Origin: Patescibacteria group bacterium
Lineage (GTDB): Bacteria > Patescibacteriota > Patescibacteriia > UBA2591 > UBA4787
DNA length: 64,000 bases
NCBI GenBank assembly: GCA_028715115.1
Contig: JAQUSN010000001.1
Coordinates: 3,314 to 67,313, forward strand
Direction of reading: 5' to 3'
Numbering within the stretch: position 1 is the stretch's first letter; each line of letters begins with the position of its first letter. Position numbers and translations under genes: made by a program. Shown one piece after another: positions 10,025 through 19,239 of this stretch. The notes under the pieces were generated by a model. That model saw nothing but the letters and a program-made list of their open reading frames with translations. It made no database searches and was not told the origin of the DNA.

Positions 10025-10053
10025 TTGACAAAAGAGAGAAAATATGATAACAT
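10025..10053 (+). promoter_or_regulatory. Sigma70-type promoter of cassette 1
   Basis: TTGACA-N17-TAACAT with TGn extension; SD AAGGAGG at 10086-10092. Confidence 0.75.
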
Positions 10054-10098
10054 ATGGGTACTTAGCACAAAGGGCACTAATGCCCAAGGAGGTTCTAC

Positions 10099-10797
10099 GT
10101 GAAAGTTCGCAATCTCTGGCACCTGACATGGATCGTGCCTGTGACCGTAACGGCTGTGATTGGGCTCGGGACAGCAATCAAGCCCATCACCCACGGCATC
10201 AAGCAGGCGTACGCCAAAATGGGCCGAGTGGCCGGCGATTTCGCCGACAACACAGCCTGTGCAGCTATAAACCAGCTCAATGACGACACGCTCGACGCGA
10301 AGCGGCTGTCCAGGCGGCAACTACTCGACTCCCTCTACTACCTAAGAATGCGGGTCCAGGAACAGGAGTATGAGCTGACAGACCTGTACAACCAGCTCAA
10401 CACCAACCTGTACTACCAGACCGGCATCTTCCGGGTCGAGGCGGCGGAAATACAAAACGTCCAAATCAACGGCCTCTACGAAGAAGCCGATGGCCTGATC
10501 AACAGACTGATCCATACCTGTTACCTCGGTCGAAACGTCATGTCCGACTACCTGACAGCACCCAAGGGCGCCCAGGCAGACACCAAAGTCATGCTTGAGC
10601 ATGCGTTTTACCAGGTCATTCGACCTGCGTCGCGACGCATCATCCAGTACCTGCAGATCAAGCACTACAGGGACGGATGGACCAACAACCTGGGAATCGG
10701 ATGGCCGGAACTGAACGGGGAAGATCTGCGATGCCTTAACTGGGCAGTCGCGGTCAACCTAGACCAGCCAACAACCTGGCTCTACAGCGAACCGTAA
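10099..10797 (+). CDS. GC-rich orphan protein with an N-terminal hydrophobic segment
   Basis: 232 aa, GTG start after AAGGAGG, C-ending codons unlike neighbours, own promoter and terminator. Confidence 0.75.
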   Translation: MKVRNLWHLTWIVPVTVTAVIGLGTAIKPITHGIKQAYAKMGRVAGDFADNTACAAINQLNDDTLDAKRLSRRQLLDSLYYLRMRVQEQEYELTDLYNQLNTNLYYQTGIFRVEAAEIQNVQINGLYEEADGLINRLIHTCYLGRNVMSDYLTAPKGAQADTKVMLEHAFYQVIRPASRRIIQYLQIKHYRDGWTNNLGIGWPELNGEDLRCLNWAVAVNLDQPTTWLYSEP

Positions 10798-10808
10798 CCG
10801 TTCCGAAA

Positions 10809-10838
10809 AAGGCCGGGCCCCGCAAGGAGCCCGGCCTT
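10809..10838 (+). terminator. Intrinsic terminator hairpin
   Basis: AAGGCCGGGC...GCCCGGCCTT. Confidence 0.75.
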
Positions 10839-10864
10839 GACTTTTATCTAAAATATGCTATTAT
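10837..10864 (+). promoter_or_regulatory. Sigma70-type promoter of cassette 2
   Basis: TTGACT-N16-TATTAT; 25/28 identical to 32551-32578. Confidence 0.75.
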
Positions 10865-10941
10865 ATAAAAGCAATCGTAGAAATACGAAGGCAAGAACGT
10901 CGCTGGACACAAGTCTAGCGGCACAAACTAAGGAGACAAGA

Positions 10942-11397
10942 ATGAAGACGCTTATTCCCTTAACGATAGTTATCCTGCTGCTCGGCTTCGGGGGCTGCAC
11001 CAAAACTGGCGCAATTCCCGAGGACAATCTGGTAGCAACCAGCATAACGGCCCCGCACGATTCCCTGGATGAACTCTCAACATCAGCGAAACAGCTGATA
11101 CGGGACGTCAAGGACGCCATAACAGACAATGACAACCCGCGCGACTTCTGGTTCTGGACGATCGGCAGGTCGTTGGCCAAGATGGCTGTGGCACTGCAAC
11201 GTGCCCCGACCGAACGACAGACGTTCTATCTGCCTATCCTGAAGAAGGAACTCGAAGTCTACAACCAGAAGTTCTGCCCTTGTGCCCGTTCCTACCGAGA
11301 AGACCAGGCAGTCCTGACCTGGGTAAAGCAATTCCAGGCGGAAGACTCGACTACCTGGACACCACCCGAAGTGCTCCTGCGCGGAGCACTCGAATAA
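10942..11397 (+). CDS. GC-rich orphan putative lipoprotein
   Basis: ATG after AAGGAG; MKTLIPLTIVILLLGFGGC is a lipoprotein-type signal peptide. Confidence 0.75.
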   Translation: MKTLIPLTIVILLLGFGGCTKTGAIPEDNLVATSITAPHDSLDELSTSAKQLIRDVKDAITDNDNPRDFWFWTIGRSLAKMAVALQRAPTERQTFYLPILKKELEVYNQKFCPCARSYREDQAVLTWVKQFQAEDSTTWTPPEVLLRGALE

Positions 11398-11411
11398 CCT
11401 CCGCTGGAACC

Positions 11412-11441
11412 AAAACCGGCCGCCTTCGGGCAGCCGGTTTT
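11412..11441. terminator. Bidirectional intrinsic terminator
   Basis: AAAACCGGCCGCC-TTCG-GGCAGCCGGTTTT between convergent genes. Confidence 0.8.
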
Positions 11442-11460
11442 CCTTTTGCGCAACAATCTA

Positions 11461-12330
11461 TTAAATACCAAATAATTTTTCGCTGTTTTCCATCGTCGCC
11501 TGTTCTACTTCTTCAAAAGAAGTATTTTTTATTTGCGCGATTTTTTCGATAATATATCTGACATGCCAAGGTTCACAACGCTGGCGCCGCACTGGCTGTG
11601 GCGATAAATACGGACAATCGGTTTCAACCAAAATTCTATCCAAGGGTGTTTTTGCCACCACCTCAAGTAAATTGTTCATAGCGACCCTCCTTCGTTCGTC
11701 TGACGAACGACGGGTTCTCGATTTTTCATCTTTGCTTTCAGCAAAGGAAAAATCGGAAGGATATGTAATGATTCCGGTAAAACCAAGATAAAATCCGCAG
11801 CTTAAAAATTTATGCGCGGTTTGCCAATCAGCTGAAAAGCAGTGCAATTCGCCTCGCGGCGCATAACCAAAATTATCTATTATTAACAATAGATCTTCAT
11901 AAGCCTGAAGCGGTCTATCTTTACCGCCCCGACAATGTAAAATAACCGGTAAATCAACCTCTTTGGCTAACTCTAAATGTCTTAAAAAAACTTCTTTCTG
12001 CCTATCATAATTCATAATTCCTGATTCATTATTCTGATGTTGATCCAAGCCTGTTTCGCCAATGGCTTTAATAAAATCATAATTATTTTTTACCAATTGG
12101 CAATATTGTTTTAAATCAAAACTCTCGTCTTTGACATGAATCGGATGAAGGCCAACGGCTGCAAAAACTCCGTCAAATTGCCGAGCAATCTGAATGGCCT
12201 TTTGACTAGTTAAGAAATTTGAACCGATATTAATAATTTTAGCCACGCCTTTGGCTTGGCTATTTTTTATTACCTCGGCATAATCGTCTTTGAACGCCTG
12301 AAAATTTAGATGGCTATGAACGTCGAACAT
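11461..12330 (-). CDS. tatD: TatD-family hydrolase with in-frame insertions
   Basis: DVHSHL, GLHP, IGETGLD, ETDCPYL. Confidence 0.92.
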   Translation of the reverse strand: MFDVHSHLNFQAFKDDYAEVIKNSQAKGVAKIINIGSNFLTSQKAIQIARQFDGVFAAVGLHPIHVKDESFDLKQYCQLVKNNYDFIKAIGETGLDQHQNNESGIMNYDRQKEVFLRHLELAKEVDLPVILHCRGGKDRPLQAYEDLLLIIDNFGYAPRGELHCFSADWQTAHKFLSCGFYLGFTGIITYPSDFSFAESKDEKSRTRRSSDERRRVAMNNLLEVVAKTPLDRILVETDCPYLSPQPVRRQRCEPWHVRYIIEKIAQIKNTSFEEVEQATMENSEKLFGI

Positions 12331-12363
12331 GAAAAATAAAATATGAGAGATAAAAACTCGGTC

Positions 12364-13146
12364 TTATCTTTTTAATAAATATTTTAGCCAACTGGACGCG
12401 TGAATCCAGGTTATTTTTTTAAATAGGCCCAGCGGTTCAGCTGATAAACGCTGGTGATAATGATAAAACGGCGCTTCGGCTACGTACCAAACCTGCCAAT
12501 TATTTTTTTTCACCCGGCGGCATAATTCCACGTCCTCAAAATAAAGAAAGAATCTTTCATCCAGCCCGCCAATTTGCTCAACCGCCAACCGGTTTAACAT
12601 CATAGCTCCGCCCAAAACCCAATCAACTTCCCTATTTTCTTGATGATCCCAGTCTTTCATTAAATAATAATCAATTTGTTTTTTACCCCAGCCAAATCGG
12701 CCCAAAAAAGTACGCCGCAAAATTGGCATATACCACTTAGGAAAACGATAGGCCGAAAACTGAAGGGTTTTATCCGGATTTAAAAGTTTTGGCGCAGCAA
12801 TAGCGCAACGACCATGGCTCTTTATAAATTGATGCAGTTTTTCAACCGACCCGGGCAAAATAATAATATCTGGATTTAAAACTAAAACATATTGGCCAAT
12901 AGATTGTTTAAGACCTTGATTTACGGCCTTAGCAAAACCAAGATTAACAGCATTTAAAATTATTTGCGGTTTAATAGCGGGCTCGTTTTTAATGTCACTT
13001 AATAAGTCCCTCGTGCCGTCGGAAGAATTATTGTCGACAACAATCAATTCAAAATTTAATTTTATCTGTGCATTAATAATGTTCTGCCAGCATTGTTTGA
13101 GCAGATTTTTTTGATTGTAATTAACAATGATAATCGACAGGTCCAT
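12364..13146 (-). CDS. GT2 glycosyltransferase
   Basis: SIIIVNYN, VDNNSSDG, LNPD, FFLYFEDVE. Confidence 0.9.
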   Translation of the reverse strand: MDLSIIIVNYNQKNLLKQCWQNIINAQIKLNFELIVVDNNSSDGTRDLLSDIKNEPAIKPQIILNAVNLGFAKAVNQGLKQSIGQYVLVLNPDIIILPGSVEKLHQFIKSHGRCAIAAPKLLNPDKTLQFSAYRFPKWYMPILRRTFLGRFGWGKKQIDYYLMKDWDHQENREVDWVLGGAMMLNRLAVEQIGGLDERFFLYFEDVELCRRVKKNNWQVWYVAEAPFYHYHQRLSAEPLGLFKKITWIHASSWLKYLLKR

Positions 13147-13147
13147 T

Positions 13148-14254
13148 TTAATTAATATATTTTCTTATTTTATCGCTCTTGATTTTAGCCCGAGAAAAAA
13201 TCTGCGCGCGTTTTTTAAACATTAAAATCTGCTTAGCATAAAATGATTTTTCGGCTTTTAATAAAACCCCTGGTTGAGTAAATAATAAATATAAAATTTT
13301 GATTGATTGGTAAAAGAAAATATGAAAAATATCTTTTAAAAAATTGGCGATGGGCTCATTTTTAATAAGCAACCACAAATGATTGCGATAGGATAAAAAA
13401 TTAACCCAGCTCGACTTGTTGAATCTTTTCATTGCCGACACTTGCCGAACATGATATGCTATCGCCTCTGGCACATATAAAGCACCCCAATTGCGCCACT
13501 TTAGTCGCCACGCCAAATCAATGTCTTCTTGGTAAGAATGAAAATCTTCGTCAAAATATTCATTTCTAAAAGCCGACTTGCGTCGCTCTCCCATAGAAAA
13601 ACGTGAAGCACTTGGTGCAGACGAATAATGAGAAAAAATTTTTAATTTTATATCATCTAAAGCCTTCCGTCTATACAAGACGCAAGCACCAGAAACGCCA
13701 AAAATATCAAATAATTTATCGTATTGTTTTTTATCGACTTCCCCTTCGCCGCGATCAACTACCCGCCTAGTTCTTCTAATAGCAAGGCCTGTGCTATCTA
13801 AAATATCGGTTTTAGTCACGCACCAGTCGGGGTTGATGGCTGCGCCAGCGCCTTGTTGCTCCTGGTGCTCGCCGTGATCAATATGAGAGAATTTCATCTT
13901 TAATAATTTTGGCGCAAAGCTGCCAATCTTCTTTTGTTTGTCAACTTCATTAATTATTTTTTCTAAAAAATCCGGCTCTAAAATAACGTCCGGATTTAAA
14001 ACCAAAACATATTCGCTATCTGTAGCCAAAATCCCCTGGTTGTGGGCTCTGGCATATCCGCAGTTGCGGGAATTTTTTAAAATTTTAACTTGCGGCCAAT
14101 TCCTAATTAAATAGCCGACCGAATGGTCAGAGGAGGCGTTATCGATAATTAAAATCGAAAAATCCCGAAAGGTTTGGTTAAATATCGACTCCAAACAATC
14201 AGGCAAAAACCTTAAAGAATTCCAAGTGACGATTTGTATTGAAACCTTGACCAT
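13148..14254 (-). CDS. GT2 glycosyltransferase with two extra GC-rich loops
   Basis: IVTWNS, IDNASSD, LNPD, FDEDFHSYQEDIDL. Confidence 0.9.
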   Translation of the reverse strand: MVKVSIQIVTWNSLRFLPDCLESIFNQTFRDFSILIIDNASSDHSVGYLIRNWPQVKILKNSRNCGYARAHNQGILATDSEYVLVLNPDVILEPDFLEKIINEVDKQKKIGSFAPKLLKMKFSHIDHGEHQEQQGAGAAINPDWCVTKTDILDSTGLAIRRTRRVVDRGEGEVDKKQYDKLFDIFGVSGACVLYRRKALDDIKLKIFSHYSSAPSASRFSMGERRKSAFRNEYFDEDFHSYQEDIDLAWRLKWRNWGALYVPEAIAYHVRQVSAMKRFNKSSWVNFLSYRNHLWLLIKNEPIANFLKDIFHIFFYQSIKILYLLFTQPGVLLKAEKSFYAKQILMFKKRAQIFSRAKIKSDKIRKYIN

Positions 14255-14312
14255 CCTACCTACTAATTACGAATTAAAACTAATTGCGAATAATTTCTAT
14301 CTCCGATCAATA

Positions 14313-15713
14313 TTAAATAAAACTAATCATTAAAACTTGATAAAAAATTCCTAAAGGATGAAATAAAAATGGGCCGGTTAAATTAGCCACCATTAAAGAA
14401 ACAAAACCAACCGCTAAGCCGACGGAAAGATCTCGGGAAAAACGTGAAGCACCTTTAAGATAAGAAAAAATTAATTTGCCCGAAAAAGCCAGATAAACCA
14501 TTAGGCCCAACAAACCAAGCTCCAGCCACATCTCTAACCATCCCCAATCAGGATTCGAAGTTTTCGTGATTAAATTATTAAGCGGATTTAAAAAACTGAC
14601 CATAGAGCCCAGGCCAGGGCCAAAAATTGGATTCTGCTTTATTTGAAACAATAAATTGGGCAGAATTCTCAATCGCGTCAAAGAGCTTAATTCTTCTTCT
14701 GGTTGAGTAATAGTCCCCAAGCGTCCAGACAGAAACGTCAAACCAGCCAGCTTCCCGGTAGTTAGAAAATAAATCAAATTAAATTCTACTACAAAAACCA
14801 ATAAAATCAAGATGAAAGCTATTAACCAACGACGCCAAGATAAATTGAGCTTTAAAAGCATAAGTCCAGCTAAGATGCCTAAAAAATAACCGCGCGAAAA
14901 ATTAATCATTAAACTCAAACTAATGGCCACGGCTAAAATAATAAGATTCTTTCGTTCTCCACGGGAAACATTTCGGCCCAAGACAAGACTTAAAAGAACT
15001 AGAAGCAACGGCAACATCCATAAATGAGCCGGAAAAACAATGCGATAAAATCCGCTTCCCAAGTCAGTCACCTTGCCCACGGCTATTTGCCTCAACCACC
15101 AATAATAATTATCATGAACTTGGCTTAGGCCAGCTGAATAAATAAATAAGTTAGCCAAGGTAAGGATGCTTACGCCGATTACAGCCACGGCCAAAATTCT
15201 CGTCAGCCACGGCCAATAACTTTCTTTTCTAAAAAATTCGCTGAGCGGAAAAACTAACAAGAAAAAACCATAAGCCATGGCGTCTTGAATCACCAAAAGA
15301 GACTCATGGTTATTCCAAAATCCTCGCCCCACAGCCAGTAGAACCATTAGGGCTAAAACTAGCCAATAAACAGAAATAGATTGTTGAAAAAAAAGTATTT
15401 TTTCTTGCTTCACTATCTTTCTTGTTAACCAACCAATCAACAAAATTATCATCAAGGCTGAACGCAAAGAAATGTTTTGCCATTCGAGAAAATGCCCAGC
15501 CTGACCAAATAATAATTCTCCCAAAAATAATAAAATGGCGAAATCAAATCGCCAAATAACCAAACAGATCATTAAAAATACCAGCAACCAAAAGAAAACA
15601 ACCTGAACAATAAGGACATGAAAGCCTAAAAATGAAATTAAATTAAAAGCAAAAAAAATGGCCAAGCACAGCCAAAATCTTCGGTCAAACAAATTAGTAA
15701 CGGCGAGAGACAT
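14313..15713 (-). CDS. O-antigen ligase/polymerase-family membrane protein
   Basis: Many TM helices, SRG motif, PIFGPGLG periplasmic loop, ELGLLG. Confidence 0.75.
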   Translation of the reverse strand: MSLAVTNLFDRRFWLCLAIFFAFNLISFLGFHVLIVQVVFFWLLVFLMICLVIWRFDFAILLFLGELLFGQAGHFLEWQNISLRSALMIILLIGWLTRKIVKQEKILFFQQSISVYWLVLALMVLLAVGRGFWNNHESLLVIQDAMAYGFFLLVFPLSEFFRKESYWPWLTRILAVAVIGVSILTLANLFIYSAGLSQVHDNYYWWLRQIAVGKVTDLGSGFYRIVFPAHLWMLPLLLVLLSLVLGRNVSRGERKNLIILAVAISLSLMINFSRGYFLGILAGLMLLKLNLSWRRWLIAFILILLVFVVEFNLIYFLTTGKLAGLTFLSGRLGTITQPEEELSSLTRLRILPNLLFQIKQNPIFGPGLGSMVSFLNPLNNLITKTSNPDWGWLEMWLELGLLGLMVYLAFSGKLIFSYLKGASRFSRDLSVGLAVGFVSLMVANLTGPFLFHPLGIFYQVLMISFI

Positions 15714-16581
15714 AATAATTCTTTAGCCAAGGATAAAACAATTGAACAAAAAACGACATTAATAAGCTTAGTGGCGTTAAGCAGGCTAGAAATATCGCCT
15801 GCCAAAACGGATGGTGCTTACGAAAATAATAAATCAAACTGCGATTATAAATTTTTTGTTTTTTTAAAGGTGAAATTTTGAAAAAACTTTGATGCCCTAA
15901 ATGCTTCACTTTTATTTCCGGATCATAAACAACCTGATAATTTAATTTTTTAGCTCGATAGCACAAATCAACTTCTTCAAACCACAAAAAGAATTTTTCG
16001 TCAAAACCATGCAATTTTTCCATTAACTCCCGCTTGATTAAAAGGCACGCTCCCATCACCTGATCCACGGCTTGTTGTTTTTGATAGTCAAAATCGGACA
16101 AAAAATATTTTTTAAAAACTTTAGTGCGCGGAAAAAGATTGTGTAGTTTCAATAAAATTAAGGCCTGTGAGAAAACGTCGGGAAAACTCCGTACCGAGGC
16201 CTGGGTTTCTTTTTCTTCGTCGATAATCTGTCCGCCCAAAATGCCAGCTGATGAATCTTTTTTAAGATGATCGATAGCAATATCTAATGAATTTAATAAA
16301 ATTTCGGTGTCAGGATTAAGGAAAAGTATTATTTCGCCTTTTGATTTTTTAAACCCCTGATTGCAGGCTCTGGCAAAACCAAGGTTTTGATTATTAAAAA
16401 TAATCTTAAGATTATCGAATTTTTTACTAATACTTTCTAAAAAATCCTGACTGCCATCGCGTGAATTATTATCAATAATAATAACTTCATATGGCATTGA
16501 CGGCTGGTTTTGCCAGATAGAATTCAAGCATCGCTCCAATAGCGATCTGACGTTCCAGTTAACAATGATAATAGACAGCAT
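15694..16581 (-). CDS. GT2 glycosyltransferase
   Basis: SIIIVNWN, IDNNSRDG, LNPD, FLWFEEVDLC. Confidence 0.9.
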   Translation of the reverse strand: MLSIIIVNWNVRSLLERCLNSIWQNQPSMPYEVIIIDNNSRDGSQDFLESISKKFDNLKIIFNNQNLGFARACNQGFKKSKGEIILFLNPDTEILLNSLDIAIDHLKKDSSAGILGGQIIDEEKETQASVRSFPDVFSQALILLKLHNLFPRTKVFKKYFLSDFDYQKQQAVDQVMGACLLIKRELMEKLHGFDEKFFLWFEEVDLCYRAKKLNYQVVYDPEIKVKHLGHQSFFKISPLKKQKIYNRSLIYYFRKHHPFWQAIFLACLTPLSLLMSFFVQLFYPWLKNYYVSRRY

Positions 16582-16607
16582 ATGGTAATATTATTGATAT
16601 ATCTGAT

Positions 16608-16648
16608 ATTTTATCATTTCTTGACAAAATGTCAAAAAATATTATAAT
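16608..16648. promoter_or_regulatory. Overlapping divergent promoters built on TTGACA-AAA-TGTCAA
   Basis: + strand TTGACA-N16-TATAAT (16621-16648); - strand TTGACA-N16-TAAAAT toward the GT2 gene. Confidence 0.7.
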
Positions 16649-16677
16649 TAAATCAAGCAACCTGTTTGGAGGTGTTG

Positions 16678-16914
16678 ATGACTAGAGAGCAAAGTGATTG
16701 GCTCGTAATAGGAATAGGGTTTGTACTTACCTACACGCTCTCCCTGTTCTTGCCCTACACGCCATTCTTCGTCCACGCCATCAAGATGTTCATCGTCAAC
16801 TTACTGTGGTGGGGAGTCGTCATGGGGCTGGCCGCTTCAGAAGGTCGACGCTTCGACGAAGAAACGAAGCAACGAGCCATACGACTGAGCATAACAAACG
16901 CCGGTCGCGCCTAA
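16678..16914 (+). CDS. GC-rich orphan small 2-TM membrane protein (cassette 3)
   Basis: 78 aa, ATG after GGAGGTG, two hydrophobic helices. Confidence 0.7.
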   Translation: MTREQSDWLVIGIGFVLTYTLSLFLPYTPFFVHAIKMFIVNLLWWGVVMGLAASEGRRFDEETKQRAIRLSITNAGRA

Positions 16915-16925
16915 GCGCGACCGGC
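16900..16925. terminator. Terminator hairpin with the stop codon in its loop
   Basis: GCCGGTCGCGC-CTAA-GCGCGACCGGC. Confidence 0.75.
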
Positions 16926-16956
16926 TTCTATTTATATTATAAGTTTATTATAAAAA

Positions 16957-18594
16957 TTATTGCATCACTTGTCCATCCGGATACCATTCAGCGTCAGGAA
17001 TGGTATTAATGTTTGATTGTTTGTATTCCAGACGATTAAAAACATCCATACTGGGAATGGCGCGTTTAGTGCCGCCATCAATCACATAAATAGCCGGACT
17101 TGAAGCGTATTTAATTAAACTTCCGTCAGGTCGATTACCGCGGTATTTTCCGGCCGGCATATTTTCCGCCGATTGATTGCCTAAAAAATTAAAACTCTTA
17201 ATCATCATCTTAAAAGTTGTTTTAAAGTTCGCCTCTTGCGCCAAACCTAAATTATAAGTCAAGATATACATTTTATTATCCTTGCCCACATAAACATTTA
17301 AATGATCTGGGCTCCAAACTCCCGGCTGGCCGCTGACCACCGCGTCAGCCACCTGATCAGAGGCAACGTCGGTTGATTTTTTTAAATACCACTCGCGCGG
17401 CGTCAAGCGATCAAAATTATCTTCCACGGAAACTTCAAAAAATTCATCGGTGTTGGTAACGACCATCACTTGACTGTCGTCGGTTTCCGGCAAAGATTTA
17501 ACCAACCAATTACCCGGATAAAAAATCGTATAAGACCAAATCGAATTGGTAAAAACCTTTGTCAGGCCAGACATGGCTAGGGTGCCGTCGGTATGCAACG
17601 GATCTGACAGGCTGGCCACTTCTAAACCATCTTGTTGACCATCACCATCAGTGTCGGGATTATTTATGTTGGTTTGATAAATCGCTTCTTCGGTATCAGT
17701 TAACCCATCATTATCTTGATCGACAGTTGAAAAAATCTGCGGAGCCACCTGTACATCATTGGTAGCTGGTTGTATCTTATTTTTTTCTACAACCAAAGCA
17801 AAAGTATCGGCAGGAATAATATCTAAATTGATAGTTAAAACATTTGTAATCGTATCTGGTTGAGCCGATAAGGGCGTCCAAACTCCATCTTTAAGATAGG
17901 CCAACTTAATGTCTGCTTCCCAAGCTTTATCAACCGCTGAATCATGATAAGAGAAGGTTAAAATGGCAGCTTTTTTAAGCGCCGGAATAACCGATAATTT
18001 AAAAGCTTCGGGCGCTCTCGGCAATATTTGATAAGTATTATCGGTAATAGTCGAGGGCTCTGGAACAAGCACAATCGTCTGTCCTTGATCTAGAGCACCA
18101 GCGGGAAAATCAAATTCAGCTGTAATAATTTTAGGTTGCGGGTTCTGTGAACTAGCTAGATCGGTAATATCAGCGGTTAACTTTAACTCCGCCGATTGAT
18201 TTAAATTAGCCCTAGTTTGTGTGTTTGTTTGCGTATTAATATCCTTGGGCGCTTGCAGATAGTTCTTTGCCCAAAATAAAAAATAAAATAAACCGCCGAA
18301 GACAACCACTATCGTCAAGCCTATCGCGCCAATGGTAATTATTTTATTTTTTTTCTTTTTCGCCGTTAAAATCTCTTGGCTGTCAACGTTAAGACTGGCC
18401 GAACCTGACAAAATTGACGGCGCCGGCTTATTTTTTTTATAACGATTGGGCATCACTGAAATAAACTCCTCGTCTGACTCTACTGGCGGTTTCGTCGGAG
18501 TCGGTTGAGTAGAAGCTGATTGGGCTTGAGACGGTTGGACCGGAGTCGAGGATTGTGGCTGCGAAGATTGTGGAGTTGATAAATTATCAAACAT
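16957..18594 (-). CDS. Membrane-anchored protein with Ca-binding (TSP3-like) repeats
   Basis: Pro/Ser/Gln-rich N-terminus, one TM helix, DQDNDGLTD and DTDGDGQQDG. Confidence 0.7.
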   Translation of the reverse strand: MFDNLSTPQSSQPQSSTPVQPSQAQSASTQPTPTKPPVESDEEFISVMPNRYKKNKPAPSILSGSASLNVDSQEILTAKKKKNKIITIGAIGLTIVVVFGGLFYFLFWAKNYLQAPKDINTQTNTQTRANLNQSAELKLTADITDLASSQNPQPKIITAEFDFPAGALDQGQTIVLVPEPSTITDNTYQILPRAPEAFKLSVIPALKKAAILTFSYHDSAVDKAWEADIKLAYLKDGVWTPLSAQPDTITNVLTINLDIIPADTFALVVEKNKIQPATNDVQVAPQIFSTVDQDNDGLTDTEEAIYQTNINNPDTDGDGQQDGLEVASLSDPLHTDGTLAMSGLTKVFTNSIWSYTIFYPGNWLVKSLPETDDSQVMVVTNTDEFFEVSVEDNFDRLTPREWYLKKSTDVASDQVADAVVSGQPGVWSPDHLNVYVGKDNKMYILTYNLGLAQEANFKTTFKMMIKSFNFLGNQSAENMPAGKYRGNRPDGSLIKYASSPAIYVIDGGTKRAIPSMDVFNRLEYKQSNINTIPDAEWYPDGQVMQ

Positions 18595-18602
18595 AAAAAA
18601 CG

Positions 18603-19181
18603 TTAAAAATTATTAATGGCTTTTTGTAGATCAAATTGCGCGCCCGTAACCGGATCAATGCCGCGGCGGACCGAATCGCCATCGGAAATACCGTCATTGT
18701 TGGAATCGCCGCTTAAAGGATTGCTTTTATAAATTTTTACCTCTTCGTTATCTAATAGCCCGTCGTTATCGCTATCGGCTTTATTCGGATCAGTGGCTAA
18801 GCTTTGTTCTTCTTGATCGCTCAATCCGTCTTTATCCGAATCTAGAATCGTCGAAGGCTGTGAGGTGTCGTTATTGATTTTATTATTAACCACTTCTTGG
18901 ACTGGAGTTGGCTTGGTCGACTTCACTTCGGCTAATTTTGATTTTATAATCGGCCCAAATTTTCCATAAGCGTAATAACCGCCATAACCAACCAAAGCAA
19001 TAATAATAATAATTAAAATTATTTTTAAAAACTTGGTTGCTTGTCGCGGAGAGCCTTGACGTTTAACGGTCCGAGATAATGGATCGGTTTTGCCGGGTAC
19101 GGCTGCGACAGATTTGTTTGACTCGCCAGAAGCAAAAATATCCTCCGGTTCCTGGTTTAAGTTTGATTCATTAGCAAACAT
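18603..19181 (-). CDS. Membrane-anchored protein with bacterial TSP3-like repeats
   Basis: One TM helix; DSDKDGLSD, DSDNDGLLD, DSNNDGISD. Confidence 0.75.
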   Translation of the reverse strand: MFANESNLNQEPEDIFASGESNKSVAAVPGKTDPLSRTVKRQGSPRQATKFLKIILIIIIIALVGYGGYYAYGKFGPIIKSKLAEVKSTKPTPVQEVVNNKINNDTSQPSTILDSDKDGLSDQEEQSLATDPNKADSDNDGLLDNEEVKIYKSNPLSGDSNNDGISDGDSVRRGIDPVTGAQFDLQKAINNF

Positions 19182-19239
19182 ATAAAATTATTTATTTACC
19201 ATTTTAAAATACTACCCACCCTCCTCCTAGAATCTATTT

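Noticed and set aside
9796-11552. Overlapping alternative ORFs in the GC-rich cassettes
   Set aside because: These are shadow frames expected from high GC; only the frames starting at 10099 and 10942 have an SD, promoter and terminator
14955-14970. parS-like TTCTCCACGGGAAACA
   Set aside because: Three mismatches to the consensus, single copy, inside a CDS
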